This document shows, piece by piece, positions 10,103 through 20,789 of a stretch of 64,000 nucleotides of DNA. Position numbers and translations under genes: made by a program. A model generated the notes under the pieces. That model had not been told where the DNA came from. It made no database searches and worked only from the letters and a program-made list of their open reading frames with translations. This DNA comes from Candidatus Latescibacterota bacterium (GTDB lineage: Bacteria; Latescibacterota; UBA2968), in assembly GCA_965204745.1 (NCBI GenBank), contig OZ242010.1:928001-992000 (forward strand), given 5' to 3'. Each line of letters starts with the position of its first letter. Position 1 is the stretch's first letter.

Positions 10103-11077
10103 TCACGTCTTCAACACCCGTGCGATGTCTCGGGCAAAATAGGTGAGAATCAGGTCCGCGCCTGCGCGTTTGATGCTCAATAAGATCTCGTCTCGCACCC
10201 GGGCTTCGTCGAGCCAGCCATTGGTCGATGCTGCTTTGACCATTGCAAATTCACCGCTGACATTGTACGCGGCAACTGGCACGCCAAATTCCGCCTTGAC
10301 CCGGTAGATGATGTCGAGATAGGACAACGCGGGTTTGACCATCACGATATCCGCGCCTTCTTCGATATCCAACGCCACTTCGCGCAGGGCTTCATCGCTG
10401 TTTGCCGGGTCCATCTGATAGGAGAGGCGGTCGCCGAATTGGGGCGCGGATTCCGCGGCCTCTCGAAACGGCCCGTAGAACCCGGAGCAGTATTTGGCCG
10501 CGTAAGCCATGATGGGAATGTGGTCAAATCCCTCTACGTCAAGCGCGGCGCGAATGGCCCCCACACGTCCATCCATCATGTCGGAAGGCGCGACCATATC
10601 TGCGCCCACGCGCACATGCGAAAGGGATTCTTTGACGAGGTAGGCGACGGTTTCATCGTTGTGTACGTCATCGTCCACGATGATGCCGCAATGCCCGTGG
10701 TCCGTGTATTCGCAGAGGCACACATCCGTGATCACGTAGAGGTCGGGCACTTGTGCTTTGATCGCGGATACGGCGCGTTGAATAATGCCGTCATCGCAAT
10801 ACGCCTCGCTACCCATCGCGTCTTTGTGGTCCGGAATGCCAAAGAGGATCACCGCGGGAATGCCCAAATCGGCGATTTCCCTGCACGCCTCAACCGCGAC
10901 ATCTATCGACATCTGATGGTTGCCCGGCATCGATTCAATTTCTTTTTTAATGCCTTTGCCCGGGCACACAAACAGGGGCATAATCAAGTCGTCAACGCGC
11001 AGGTGATTTTCGCGCACCATTCGCCGCATCGTTTCACTACGGCGCATCCGGCGCATGCGTGTGATTGGAAAGGTCAT
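10103..11077 (-). CDS. hemB: Porphobilinogen synthase
   Basis: [29 protein letters not shown] and MVKPA motifs. Confidence 0.97.
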   Translation of the reverse strand: MTFPITRMRRMRRSETMRRMVRENHLRVDDLIMPLFVCPGKGIKKEIESMPGNHQMSIDVAVEACREIADLGIPAVILFGIPDHKDAMGSEAYCDDGIIQRAVSAIKAQVPDLYVITDVCLCEYTDHGHCGIIVDDDVHNDETVAYLVKESLSHVRVGADMVAPSDMMDGRVGAIRAALDVEGFDHIPIMAYAAKYCSGFYGPFREAAESAPQFGDRLSYQMDPANSDEALREVALDIEEGADIVMVKPALSYLDIIYRVKAEFGVPVAAYNVSGEFAMVKAASTNGWLDEARVRDEILLSIKRAGADLILTYFARDIARVLKT

Positions 11078-11080
11078 GGG

Positions 11081-11161
11081 AGTTGTCGGTTGTCAGTTGT
11101 CAGTTGTCAGTTGTCAGTTGTCAGTTGTCAGTTGTCAGTTGTCAGTTGTCAGTTGTCAGTT
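11081..11161. repeat. Heptamer tandem array (AGTTGTC), about 11 copies
   Basis: Direct reading; abuts the hemB start. Confidence 0.95.
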
Positions 11162-11397
11162 ACCCCGCCTCGCCACCCAAAAAGCGAGAACGAATCGTAG
11201 GGGCGATGCCCCGTGCTCGCCGAAGCAGTGCATTCAGCAGTCAGCAAAACAAGCGATCAGCACAGACATTGCCTTGGGGTGGAAGGGCGGGGTTGCCTCA
11301 CCTCTCCCGTCTCCCGTCTTACGTCTCACTGAAGGGGGTTGGGTGGGGACTGACTACTGACTACTGACCACTGACCACTGCCTTTTTGCCTCTTGCC

Positions 11398-12324
11398 TCA
11401 TTCAAACAGTGCTTTGACAAAGCTCTCGGCGTCGAAATCGTCCAAGTCTTCGGCGGATTCGCCCAGGCCGACAAAGCGCACGGGCAAATCGAGTTCGTCG
11501 GCGATGGCGATGACCACGCCGCCCTTGGCCGTGCCGTCGAGTTTTGCAAGAACCAGGCCCGTGACTTCAACCGCGCTGTGAAATTGTTTGGCTTGCAGGA
11601 CAGCATTTTGGCCGGTGGTCGCGTCCAAGATGAGCAGGGTCTCATGGGGGGCGCCGGGCATGGCTTTGTCGATGACGCGGCGGATTTTTTTGACTTCCTC
11701 CATGAGGTTGACCTTGGTGTGGAGGCGGCCCGCGGTGTCGATGAGCACGATGTCTGTACCGCGTGCGCGTGCGGCTTTGATCGCGTCGAATGCCACGGAT
11801 GCTGCGTCTGCGCCCGGTTGGTGGCGCACCATGTCCGACCCCGTGCGTTCGGCCCAAATGCCGAGTTGATCGATGGCTGCGGCGCGAAAGGTGTCGCCTG
11901 CGGCAAAGAGCGCGGTTTTTCCCTCGCGTGCGAATTTGTGGGCCAGTTTGCCGATGGTGGTGGTCTTGCCCACGCCGTTGACGCCCACGACGAGAATGAC
12001 GTGGGGCTTTGTCGTAATGGCAATGGGGGCCGCGCCATCTGCGGGCATGAGGATTTTTCGGATTTCTTCTTCGAGAAAGTTTTGCACTGCGGTTTCCGCG
12101 TCTTCGACCGGTTCGTCCGATGCCACGCGCTCGCGCAAGTGGTCGATGATCCGAAGGGTCGGATCGACGCCCACGTCGGCTTGGATGAGGATTTCTTCGA
12201 TTTCTTCAAGGGTTTCTTCGTCGAGTTCGGGACGCCGCCGAATGACAGCGCGGATTTTTTGTACCATGCCCTCGCGGGTCTTGGTCAATCCCTTTCTAAA
12301 TTTGTCGATCAATTTGCCGAGCAT
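11398..12324 (-). CDS. ftsY: SRP receptor FtsY
   Basis: GVNGVGKTTT, DTFRAAA, DTAGR and KLDGTAKGG motifs. Confidence 0.97.
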   Translation of the reverse strand: MLGKLIDKFRKGLTKTREGMVQKIRAVIRRRPELDEETLEEIEEILIQADVGVDPTLRIIDHLRERVASDEPVEDAETAVQNFLEEEIRKILMPADGAAPIAITTKPHVILVVGVNGVGKTTTIGKLAHKFAREGKTALFAAGDTFRAAAIDQLGIWAERTGSDMVRHQPGADAASVAFDAIKAARARGTDIVLIDTAGRLHTKVNLMEEVKKIRRVIDKAMPGAPHETLLILDATTGQNAVLQAKQFHSAVEVTGLVLAKLDGTAKGGVVIAIADELDLPVRFVGLGESAEDLDDFDAESFVKALFE

Positions 12325-12488
12325 GCAAACTCCTTCAAAGCGTGCGAACAGGCGTTGCGAAAAGGGAAGATACACAAAACCGGTTTTTTTGCCAAAAAAA
12401 GACGGGATGCGTTCTGACTTGACATGCACGGGGGATTTCCTCATGCATGCAAGTTGACGCGCTACCTCTAGGATAAAGGAAGACTGCT

Positions 12489-13202
12489 ATGGCATCTGAA
12501 GACAGCACGCGCAAATCCCGCGTTGCCATTGAACTCGGCACCGAATCCGTCCCTATGCTCATTCGATGCGCCACCATGTGGGGGCGTTATAGCCCCTTTG
12601 AGTCCTACATCCTCAACGCGACAGAGGGCTGGGTCTTGATCGATCCAGAACGGCCCGACGCGCCTGCAAAAAATCGCCTGCTTCAACTGATCCCCGAACG
12701 GCCTATCGCAACCGTGCTGACCAGCGACGGACACGAGCGCAGTTGTTACGACATACGCGAGCAATGGGGCGTCCCCGTGTGGGGGCCAGAATACAGCCCG
12801 GCCGTGCGCGACATTGCTTACGATGGCGAACCCGATCACCTGTATAAAGAAGGCCAATCGCTACCCGGCGGTCTCAGGCCCATCAAACTTCAGGGCGCGT
12901 GGGGAGGCGACCACGCCCTCTTATGGTCTGCGCCTAGCGGACAAACCCTCGCGTTTACGGGCGACATCCTCAACGGCCAAGTCGAACGGACGCTGGCAGG
13001 CCCGGATCACTATCGCCGATCACCCGGTCTCGCCTTTGGCTCGCGCCCCGGCTACCTCGCACGTCACGGCAATCTCAAAGGCTTGAAACAGAGCTTGCAT
13101 CGCCTTCTCGAAGAAGACATAGACGCAATTTGCGGTGCCCATGGTATGCCGTTCTGGGACAATCCCAAAGCCGCGATCACGCGCTTGATCGCTACGCTCT
13201 GA
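12489..13202 (+). CDS. Metallo-beta-lactamase-fold protein with degenerate motif
   Basis: VLIDP, LTSDGHER, FTGD and GAHG pattern. Confidence 0.6.
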   Translation: MASEDSTRKSRVAIELGTESVPMLIRCATMWGRYSPFESYILNATEGWVLIDPERPDAPAKNRLLQLIPERPIATVLTSDGHERSCYDIREQWGVPVWGPEYSPAVRDIAYDGEPDHLYKEGQSLPGGLRPIKLQGAWGGDHALLWSAPSGQTLAFTGDILNGQVERTLAGPDHYRRSPGLAFGSRPGYLARHGNLKGLKQSLHRLLEEDIDAICGAHGMPFWDNPKAAITRLIATL

Positions 13203-13440
13203 TCGCGTAGCAAATGGGCGTTTTGGCATACCGTTCAAAGGATGTAAAGACCTAACAGAAAAAGACCCAAACACACTGTCCTCAAATGAATCGGTAGAGA
13301 TCGCAACAAAAGCGGTCGACGCATTCAGCAAATACGAGAAAAAGCCCGAGCAGATGGATCTCATAATTAAGGAATTGGAAACAGCAGACCACAAAAATGA
13401 AAACGCGGATCAAGTGCCCACAAATAACACAGGGAAATGA
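13189..13440 (+). pseudogene. Start-less C-terminal remnant of an unknown gene
   Basis: About 83 open codons, A-rich and protein-like (...VEIATKAVDAFSKYEKKPEQMDLIIKELE...), with no upstream start codon. Confidence 0.3.
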
Positions 13441-13540
13441 GGGCGTGCGTTGCCCAATATCTGAAATCCTATTGACGATAGATGCCGATTGTATATATTT
13501 TTTTTCGTCCCTTTCGATCTGTTCCACCTAAGGAGAGAAC

Positions 13541-16216
13541 ATGAAAAAAGCCAACGCAAAAGCGATGCCGGCAGGTGCCGTGTTTCATCGGTGCGCGCTA
13601 CAGGTCAACCCGCACGGCTATGGCGGTAAATTTCGCGGTCAAGAAGCCAAAGGCGACGATCGGTCCCACGCCGAGGCCATCGTCACAAGGGCCGATGAGA
13701 TCGGCGTCTCCGTGCTCGCCATTACCGATCACAACAACGCGAGTGGCGTCTCCGCATTTCAGGCCGCGGCCGAGGATCGAGGCATTGCGATATTTCCCGG
13801 ATTTGAGCTTTCTTCCACAGAGGGCATCCACGTCTTGTGCATCTATCCAAAAAATACCGACGAGGAGCAACTCGGAAGATTCCTCGGCGAGTTTGGGATC
13901 ACGGGAACCGATCCATCCTCGGATTTGTCGAACAGCAGTTTTGTCGAGATTCTCGCACAGGTCCGAAAACAGGGCGGCATCGCCATCGCCGCGCATGTGA
14001 CCAACGACAAAGGGCTATTCAAAGCTCTTTCGGGACAAGCGCGGATCAAGGCATGGCAAAGTGACGAACTCCTCGCGATTCAGATTCCGGGGGCGGTCGA
14101 GAACTTATCTCAGGATATACGCCAGATCGTGAAAAATAAAAACGCAGATTACCGGCGCACCCCTGCGGCGGGTGACAATCGGGCAGTGGCCGCGATCAAC
14201 GCGAAAGATATTGTCGACCCCGAGGATATAGAAGACCCTGCGGCGACATGCTGGATCAAGATGTCCGAGGTCACAGTTGAGGGTCTGCGGCAAGCCTTTC
14301 TCGATCCGGGATCGCGGATCCGGCTGACGAGCGACCCCGCGGCCGAAGAACATGCCGAACTCATCTCATTGGCTTGGGAGGGCGGATTTCTCGCTAGCAC
14401 GGCCGTTCGCTTCAACCCAAATCTGAACGTACTCGTTGGTGGCCGCGGCGCGGGCAAATCCACGGTCATCGAAAGCCTGCGCTATGTGCTCGGCGTGGTC
14501 CCTGTCGGCGAAGACGCCCGCAGAGCGCATGAGGGCATCGTTCGCCAAGTGCTCCGGAGCGGGACGAAAATATCGCTTTGCGTCCGATCCCATCGCCCTG
14601 CGAAACGGGCGTACCAGATCGAGCGAACCATTCCCAACCCGCCCGTTGTGCGAGACGAGAACGGCCGTATATCGAACCTGTCGCCCAGCGAAATACTCCC
14701 CGGCGTTGAGGTATATGGGCAACACGAGATATCGGAACTCGCCAAAAGCCCCGAAAAACTCACCCACCTGCTCGACCGCTTCATTGACCGGGATGCCGAT
14801 CTCGCCCGGCGCAAAGTCGATCTCCGCCGCGAACTCGAAAGGGTGAGACGCGCCGCCCTCGATGTGCGGGCAGAGCGCGAGCAAATTGACGAACAGCTGT
14901 CCACCCTGCCGGGCCTCGAGGAGACGCTCAAACAATTTCAAGAGGCAGGACTCGAAGACCGCTTGCGCGAACAGAGTTTGCTCGTCCGCGAGGAGCGCGT
15001 GCTCGACTCGATCCCAGAACGCTTGAAAACGTTTTTCGAATGCCTGGATATGTTGCGCCAAGAACTGCCCATCGATCGCGTATTTCTGTCGCCGAGGGCA
15101 CTCAAAGACCTGCCCGGGAAGAACATCCTCGCAGGGACTGATGAAATTTTGGCGCGTCTGAGCGGCGACCTCGAGCATGTCGTTCGCCAACTCGAAGCCG
15201 CGCTGAAACGCGCTGATGAAGAGATCGCCGCGGTGCGATCTCGCTGGGACAAACGCAAACATGAGGTCGATGCCGCATATCAAAAAATCCTGCGCGAACT
15301 CCAGAAATCAGCCGGAGATGGCGAGGCGTTTATTCGCCTGCGGCGCGAGATCGAAAGGTTGCGCCCGTTGCGCGAACGCCGGTCTTTGTTGCAACGCTTA
15401 GAGGGTGAGTACGCAACACAACGCCATGCGTTGCTCGTGGAGTGGGAAGATGTCAAGACGGAGGAATTTCGCCTTCTGGATCGGGCCGCGAAAAAGGTCA
15501 GCAAAAAGCTGCGCGGTCACATTCGGGTTGAGGTTACCGCCGCGGGCGACCGCGAGCCGCTGTTTCACCTTCTCCGCGATCAGATCGGCGGGCGTCTCTC
15601 CGAAGCCATTGACGTCATCGCCGAGATGGAGAGCTTTTCACTCTCCCAATTCGTCGAAAGCTGTAGGGCGGGAACGGTTCGGGATGCCTACACTATCCCG
15701 CCATCCCAAGCGCAACGCCTTGTCGAAGCCCCCGCCGATGTCCTGATGCAGATTGAAGAATTGGACTTGCCGCCGATAACGACCATTCAACTCAACACGG
15801 CGCATGCCGGCGGCCCGCCTGTGTGGCACGCGCTCGAAGCCCTTTCGACCGGTCAGAAAGCAACCGCGGTGTTGTTGCTCCTCTTGCTGGAATCCGACGC
15901 GCCGCTGATCGTCGATCAGCCAGAAGACGATCTCGACAATCGCTTCATCACGGAAGGCATCGTCCCCAAGATGCGCGAGGAGAAGCGCAGGCGGCAGTTC
16001 GTCTTCTCTACCCACAGCGCGAACATCCCCGTGCTCGGCGACGCCGAGATGATCGTCGGGCTTACGCCATCCGGCGAGGCAGATGGCGGGACTGCACGCA
16101 TCGCGCCCGAGCATGTAGGCTCAATTGACGCGCCCCCGGTTCGGGAACTGGTCGAAGAAATCCTCGAAGGAGGCAAGGAAGCCTTCGAACGCCGCCGCCG
16201 CAAGTATGGCTTTTGA
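13541..16216 (+). CDS. PHP domain + SMC/ABC-type ATPase (Ppl/TrlF-like)
   Basis: AITDHN, GFELS, IAAH; GGRGAGKST; coiled coil; LSTGQ, IVDQPEDDLD, STH. Confidence 0.85.
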   Translation: MKKANAKAMPAGAVFHRCALQVNPHGYGGKFRGQEAKGDDRSHAEAIVTRADEIGVSVLAITDHNNASGVSAFQAAAEDRGIAIFPGFELSSTEGIHVLCIYPKNTDEEQLGRFLGEFGITGTDPSSDLSNSSFVEILAQVRKQGGIAIAAHVTNDKGLFKALSGQARIKAWQSDELLAIQIPGAVENLSQDIRQIVKNKNADYRRTPAAGDNRAVAAINAKDIVDPEDIEDPAATCWIKMSEVTVEGLRQAFLDPGSRIRLTSDPAAEEHAELISLAWEGGFLASTAVRFNPNLNVLVGGRGAGKSTVIESLRYVLGVVPVGEDARRAHEGIVRQVLRSGTKISLCVRSHRPAKRAYQIERTIPNPPVVRDENGRISNLSPSEILPGVEVYGQHEISELAKSPEKLTHLLDRFIDRDADLARRKVDLRRELERVRRAALDVRAEREQIDEQLSTLPGLEETLKQFQEAGLEDRLREQSLLVREERVLDSIPERLKTFFECLDMLRQELPIDRVFLSPRALKDLPGKNILAGTDEILARLSGDLEHVVRQLEAALKRADEEIAAVRSRWDKRKHEVDAAYQKILRELQKSAGDGEAFIRLRREIERLRPLRERRSLLQRLEGEYATQRHALLVEWEDVKTEEFRLLDRAAKKVSKKLRGHIRVEVTAAGDREPLFHLLRDQIGGRLSEAIDVIAEMESFSLSQFVESCRAGTVRDAYTIPPSQAQRLVEAPADVLMQIEELDLPPITTIQLNTAHAGGPPVWHALEALSTGQKATAVLLLLLLESDAPLIVDQPEDDLDNRFITEGIVPKMREEKRRRQFVFSTHSANIPVLGDAEMIVGLTPSGEADGGTARIAPEHVGSIDAPPVRELVEEILEGGKEAFERRRRKYGF

Positions 16217-16226
16217 GGACCCAAAG

Positions 16227-17450
16227 ATGACCCCTAGCGAATTGTCGGAACTGCTCAGAAATGGCGAGGACTCAACTCTGGAGTTCAAGCGCGATGATAT
16301 CAAAAATTACGACTTAGCCAAGGAACTCGTGGCCTTTCTCAACCTCGAAGGCGGTACTGTTCTGCTCGGCGTTGAGGACGAAGGACATATTTCTGGCACG
16401 ACCCGCGAGCGTCTCGAGGCGTGGGTCAGCGAAATTTGCCGCGTGAAGATCGAACCCCCAGTCATTCCGCTGTTCTCTTGGGCAAAAAATGCCGAGCCGG
16501 ACCGGCATGTTCTCGCCGTTCGCGTCATGCAGGGATCGGACAAGCCCTACGCACGCATCCACAACCATCGCAGGACCTACTACATTCGCGTCGGCGATAC
16601 GTCGCAAGAGGCCAGCCGAGAAGAACTCGAGCGATTGTTTCAAGCGTCTGGTCGGCTGCATTACGGTTTGAAACCCGTTTCCGGCGCGCGTTTCGACGCG
16701 TTTGACCTGCGCCGATTGCGCGATTACTTCACGCGGGTATCTGGAGGAGAAGCACCGTCGGATGCGGATATCCATGGTTGGGAGGTCTTGCTCGGAAATG
16801 TGGAGTTGATGGCGGTTTCCCAGAATCAATACGTCGCCACTGTGGATGGGCAACTCCTCTTCGGCAATAATCCGAAGCGATTTGTGCCGCAATCGGGCAT
16901 TCGAGCCGTGTGTTACCCGGGTACAGAGCCCGATTATGCAACCCGTGCCGATGAATATCTGCGAGGCCCCATGACCCTATTGGGCACTGCTGACGGGCGC
17001 ATCGCGGAAACCGGCCTCGTCGAGCAGGCGTGGGATTTTGTGCGACGCAACACGACACCCACGGCCCGTCTTGAAGGTGGGCGAAGGATCGACCGATGGG
17101 ACTATCCCGAAGGGGCTTTCCGCGAAGCAATCGTCAACGCACTCGTTCACCGCGATTACACCATCGCGGGCACCGACATCCTCCTCGCCATCTACGCGGA
17201 TCGGCTCGAGATCGAAAGCCCGGGACGCCTGCCCAATACCGTGACGATTGAAGGCATGAAATCGGGCATGCGCTACGCACGCAACCAAACGCTGGTCAAT
17301 ATCATGCGGGATTACGGATACGTCGACGCCCGCGGCATGGGCGTGCGAAACAAGATCATCCCCGGCATGCTGGAACACAACGGGACCGAGCCTGACTTTA
17401 TCGAAAAAGAAAGCCGCTTCATCGTCCGGCTGTGGAAAACGCCAAAGTGA
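16227..17450 (+). CDS. Schlafen/AlbA_2 + HATPase_c_4 (RecG-C-like) protein
   Basis: EDSTLEFK...VAFLN.EGGTVLLGVED; REAIVNALVHRDY; IESPG; GMG. Confidence 0.85.
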   Translation: MTPSELSELLRNGEDSTLEFKRDDIKNYDLAKELVAFLNLEGGTVLLGVEDEGHISGTTRERLEAWVSEICRVKIEPPVIPLFSWAKNAEPDRHVLAVRVMQGSDKPYARIHNHRRTYYIRVGDTSQEASREELERLFQASGRLHYGLKPVSGARFDAFDLRRLRDYFTRVSGGEAPSDADIHGWEVLLGNVELMAVSQNQYVATVDGQLLFGNNPKRFVPQSGIRAVCYPGTEPDYATRADEYLRGPMTLLGTADGRIAETGLVEQAWDFVRRNTTPTARLEGGRRIDRWDYPEGAFREAIVNALVHRDYTIAGTDILLAIYADRLEIESPGRLPNTVTIEGMKSGMRYARNQTLVNIMRDYGYVDARGMGVRNKIIPGMLEHNGTEPDFIEKESRFIVRLWKTPK

Positions 17451-17463
17451 AATTGCAAAAAAC

Positions 17464-17495
17464 AAAAAAGCCAGATATCGCATCTGGCTTTTTTT
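17464..17495. terminator. Bidirectional intrinsic terminator
   Basis: AAAAAAGCCAGAT-ATCGC-ATCTGGCTTTTTTT. Confidence 0.8.
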
Positions 17496-17688
17496 GTGGC
17501 TGACCGCTTGGGGGCGAGGTGGACTGGCAACTGACCACTGGCAACTGACCACTTGGGGTTGCGTGCTCGAACAGGCACAGGGCCTATCCCTACGGGTGTG
17601 GCGGGCCGGAGGTGGGCTGGGCACGCACGGGCGGATGAGTGGCGCGGTTGGGCACGCACGGGCGGATGGGCGGCGCGGTGAGGCACGC

Positions 17689-20394
17689 TTACATCGAAAC
17701 GCCCAAAAGCCCGCGCGTGAATTGAAAATCCGTGTTGCCGATTGCGGGTGTTTTGGGCGCGTATTGGCGGGAGGCGACCGCGAGGATCAAATTCAAAAGG
17801 ACATCGGCATTGCGGTTGGGATCCGCGCTGAGGATCGCGTCAAAGTCATCGCCATAGAAGTGGGCCGCGCGTTCATCGGCGGTTGCTTGTAGCACTGGGA
17901 TGAGCGGATGGCCCTGTTGGGGGTGGTCGCCGGCATACGCCGCGATGAGGTGGACGCCTGTTCCGCCCAATCCGGTGAGGGTTTCGACCCAGTGATCGGT
18001 CTGGCTGTCCATGATATAATACCCGGCGCGATCTGTGGCTTGCCCGTGCGATAGGGTGGGCGCGGGGGGCGTGTTGCCCAACACAGCGGACAGGTAGATC
18101 GGATGGGACAGGAAACGTGCGTTGTCCGGCACGACGAGCGTGGCGCCAGCGCGGATCAGGGTTTGCGACAAGTGGGCGAGGGATTGCGCGGCACTATCGG
18201 AAAGAGAACCCGTAGCGTGCAGGCCGATGCGGAGTGCGGACAGATCGGTCGGCGCGAGTTCCGGGGGTTCGGCCCGTGCGAATTGGCGGGCAAAATAGGC
18301 TTCGACCTCGTCCAAAACCGCGTCTATGCCGCCGTCGAGTTGGACGCTCGCCCATCCGTACGCATCCGCGCTGATCCCCTTGTCGATGAGCGCGTGGCGG
18401 ATATAGTCGTTGTGGGTCTTTTCGCAACCGTGTTCCAAGAGCAAGCCGCTGTGTACCAAGGGGTGGGTGAGATACCCGAGCATGGTGCGCGTGTACAGGC
18501 GTTCGGTGGCTTCGCCGGCTACGCCGCAACCTTCGGTATGCGCGAGGGCCACAAAGCGCGAGATGCCCTTTTCGCGGCCCAAGCCCTTTGCGGTGAGGCG
18601 TTTGGCGGCCATCAGCGCGATTTGCCCGGAACACAAGCTAGTCGGCAAAATCAAACCCAAGCGGTCCGTGGTCACGCCGTCGGGGGTGCGGATGGCGTCA
18701 AAGGTGCGTTGTGCTGCATCTCTTTGCCCGTGGTCGTCTTGAACGACGAGGGGCACGCCCAGGGGTTCGGGACGATTTTGCAGGTCGGGCAGGTGATCTG
18801 TGGAGGTCTGCCGCCAGGCGCGCCAAATAGAAACTTGCGCGTGGGCGGCCCGTTCGCCTTTGCTGCGTTGTCCAGACGCGATTTTGCAGGTCAGGTCAAA
18901 CATGTCGCGGCCCAGGTCGTCCATAGACGCGCCATCCAAATACGCGCCCGCGTTGACATCCATATCCTTGCTGAGCAGGCCATAGCGTTCAGAGGTGGTC
19001 ACGATTTTGAGGGTGGGCACAAAGGGGAAATTTGTGATCGAGCCGTTGCCCGTGACAAAGAAGATCAGATTGCATCCCGAAGCCACTTGCCCGGCGATGC
19101 TCTCGAGGTCATTGCCCGGGCTGTCCATAAAATAGTAGCCCGGCTGCGTCATGGGCGCGGCGTAGTCGATCACCGCGTCGAGGCGCACATCCGGGTGGCG
19201 TTTCATGGCCGCGCCGATGGATTTGAGGACGATGTTGTACAGGCCGCGAAATTTGTTGCCCCCGGACGGGTTGCCTTCTGCGGTTGTGCCGTGCCACGCG
19301 GCCAGAGTCTTGTACGCTTCGACTTTGTCGAGAAAGCGTTGGGCCACGTCGCGAGACGCGACGTTTTGCAGGACATAAGACTCGGCGCCGATGAGTTCGT
19401 CTGTTTCCGCGAGATTAGCCGCGCCGCCATAGCGGATGATTTCCCGCGCAACCCACGACGCCAATGGATTGCCGGAGATGCCCGAAAACGCATCGGAGCC
19501 GCCGCATTGCAACGCGATTTTGATGTGCGACAGGGGTTCGGAGGTGCGGGGCATCGCATCGACTTGCGGCAACCAGTTGGCGATGATGGTTTCGCCCTGT
19601 TGCAGCGCGTTTTCAAAACTGCCTTTGAGTGTGAGGAAGTGGTGCAAGACGTGGTCGATGGGATGGTTTTCTCTTTTGAGAAACGCCTGCAAGTCCCGAT
19701 TGGTGATGGCTTCAAAGCCATAGTCCGCCGCGAGCACGGCGCCGACATTGGGGTGAGCGATGAATCCCGCGAGGGTACGCAAGAGGAGGGCTTTGTTGTT
19801 CGGGCGTTCCGCGCCGCCGCCTTCGGTGTGGGCCACCGCGACAATGCCGTCGATGTTTGGATAGGCGCGTACGCGATCTTTGAATCGCGCCTCGAGTTGT
19901 TTGGCATAACTCGCGGTGCGCGAGGATGTGCCCAAGATGACGATGGTATTGCGCGTGCCCACGCCTCGGTTGCCCGGTCGCCTGTATCCCTGAAACGCGC
20001 CGCCCGAGTCGTAGCGTTCGACTTGCTCGCCCGGCGCAAACGCGTCGAGTTGGTGCGGCACGATGCGGTCTTCAAAATTGGGCACATCGGGAAGGTCAAA
20101 GGCGAGGGCGCGCAAGGCGAGGGCATGGAGGATCTGCGGATTGCAAGCGTAATCCCCAGGAGCTATGGGGCGCGTGGCAACGCCAAACGGCAAGCCCCAC
20201 GAGAGCAGGGGATCGCCCGTTGCAATGGGCTGAACCGCAAAGCGATGGCCTTCGAGGATGGTATGCCCAAGCGCGAACGCGTGCCCCGCATGGACGATCT
20301 GCGTGCCCTTGTCCAGCGTGCGGATCGCAATGCCGACGTTGTCAGCGGGTAGCGGAAGACGGCCGATTTCGGAAAAAGCGTGGGGTTTTGCCAT
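17689..20394 (-). CDS. UxaA/GarD-family sugar-acid dehydratase with duplicated domain
   Basis: SAF domain, VGTRN, HTEGGG, CGGSDAFSG..GNP and NPSGGNK; second HTEGCG/HGCEK block. Confidence 0.85.
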   Translation of the reverse strand: MAKPHAFSEIGRLPLPADNVGIAIRTLDKGTQIVHAGHAFALGHTILEGHRFAVQPIATGDPLLSWGLPFGVATRPIAPGDYACNPQILHALALRALAFDLPDVPNFEDRIVPHQLDAFAPGEQVERYDSGGAFQGYRRPGNRGVGTRNTIVILGTSSRTASYAKQLEARFKDRVRAYPNIDGIVAVAHTEGGGAERPNNKALLLRTLAGFIAHPNVGAVLAADYGFEAITNRDLQAFLKRENHPIDHVLHHFLTLKGSFENALQQGETIIANWLPQVDAMPRTSEPLSHIKIALQCGGSDAFSGISGNPLASWVAREIIRYGGAANLAETDELIGAESYVLQNVASRDVAQRFLDKVEAYKTLAAWHGTTAEGNPSGGNKFRGLYNIVLKSIGAAMKRHPDVRLDAVIDYAAPMTQPGYYFMDSPGNDLESIAGQVASGCNLIFFVTGNGSITNFPFVPTLKIVTTSERYGLLSKDMDVNAGAYLDGASMDDLGRDMFDLTCKIASGQRSKGERAAHAQVSIWRAWRQTSTDHLPDLQNRPEPLGVPLVVQDDHGQRDAAQRTFDAIRTPDGVTTDRLGLILPTSLCSGQIALMAAKRLTAKGLGREKGISRFVALAHTEGCGVAGEATERLYTRTMLGYLTHPLVHSGLLLEHGCEKTHNDYIRHALIDKGISADAYGWASVQLDGGIDAVLDEVEAYFARQFARAEPPELAPTDLSALRIGLHATGSLSDSAAQSLAHLSQTLIRAGATLVVPDNARFLSHPIYLSAVLGNTPPAPTLSHGQATDRAGYYIMDSQTDHWVETLTGLGGTGVHLIAAYAGDHPQQGHPLIPVLQATADERAAHFYGDDFDAILSADPNRNADVLLNLILAVASRQYAPKTPAIGNTDFQFTRGLLGVSM

Positions 20395-20700
20395 GTGCTG
20401 TATTCCTTTGGAAAGGGTGGCGTGACAGAGAGAAATAAGAGAAAGAATGGGGGATGTCAAGGAAGATGAGAGGCAGTAAAAAGGGGAGACGGGAGACGGG
20501 ATTTTAGCCACGAGCGGGGTACAACTGGCGACAGCCAGTTCAAAGGCACAAAAGGCACAAAAGGGGTACAACTAGGCGATAGCCCGTAGTGTGTAGGGGC
20601 GATGTCCCCGTGCTCACCCAAAGATACAAGACGCAAGAAGGTTGTCGCCCAAGCGGTCAGTGGTCAGTGGATTGAACAGATGACGATGTAAATTTGTGTG

Positions 20701-20729
20701 TTGACAAGGGTACCTTGTTTTTTTATCAT
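20701..20729 (+). promoter_or_regulatory. sigma70 promoter for hup-bS22-(RNA)-tRNA
   Basis: TTGACA-17 nt-TATCAT. Confidence 0.7.
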
Positions 20730-20789
20730 TCACGCACGAAAAATAAAACGGGTAGAAGGATGTCTGTAAAACCAAAGAAAGGGGATGCG

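Noticed and set aside
18103-20352. 749-aa plus-strand ORF, and similar long ORFs at 41513-43384, 52960-54291, 34578-35879, 27661-28941 and 29135-30079
   Set aside because: Antisense shadows of clear genes, expected from GC-rich codon usage; no recognisable motifs.
20617-20632. CCAAAGATACAAGA, resembling the IS110 left end in reverse
   Set aside because: Only 11 nt match, and it is part of the block B/heptamer mosaic (variant near 2705); too little to call an IS scar.
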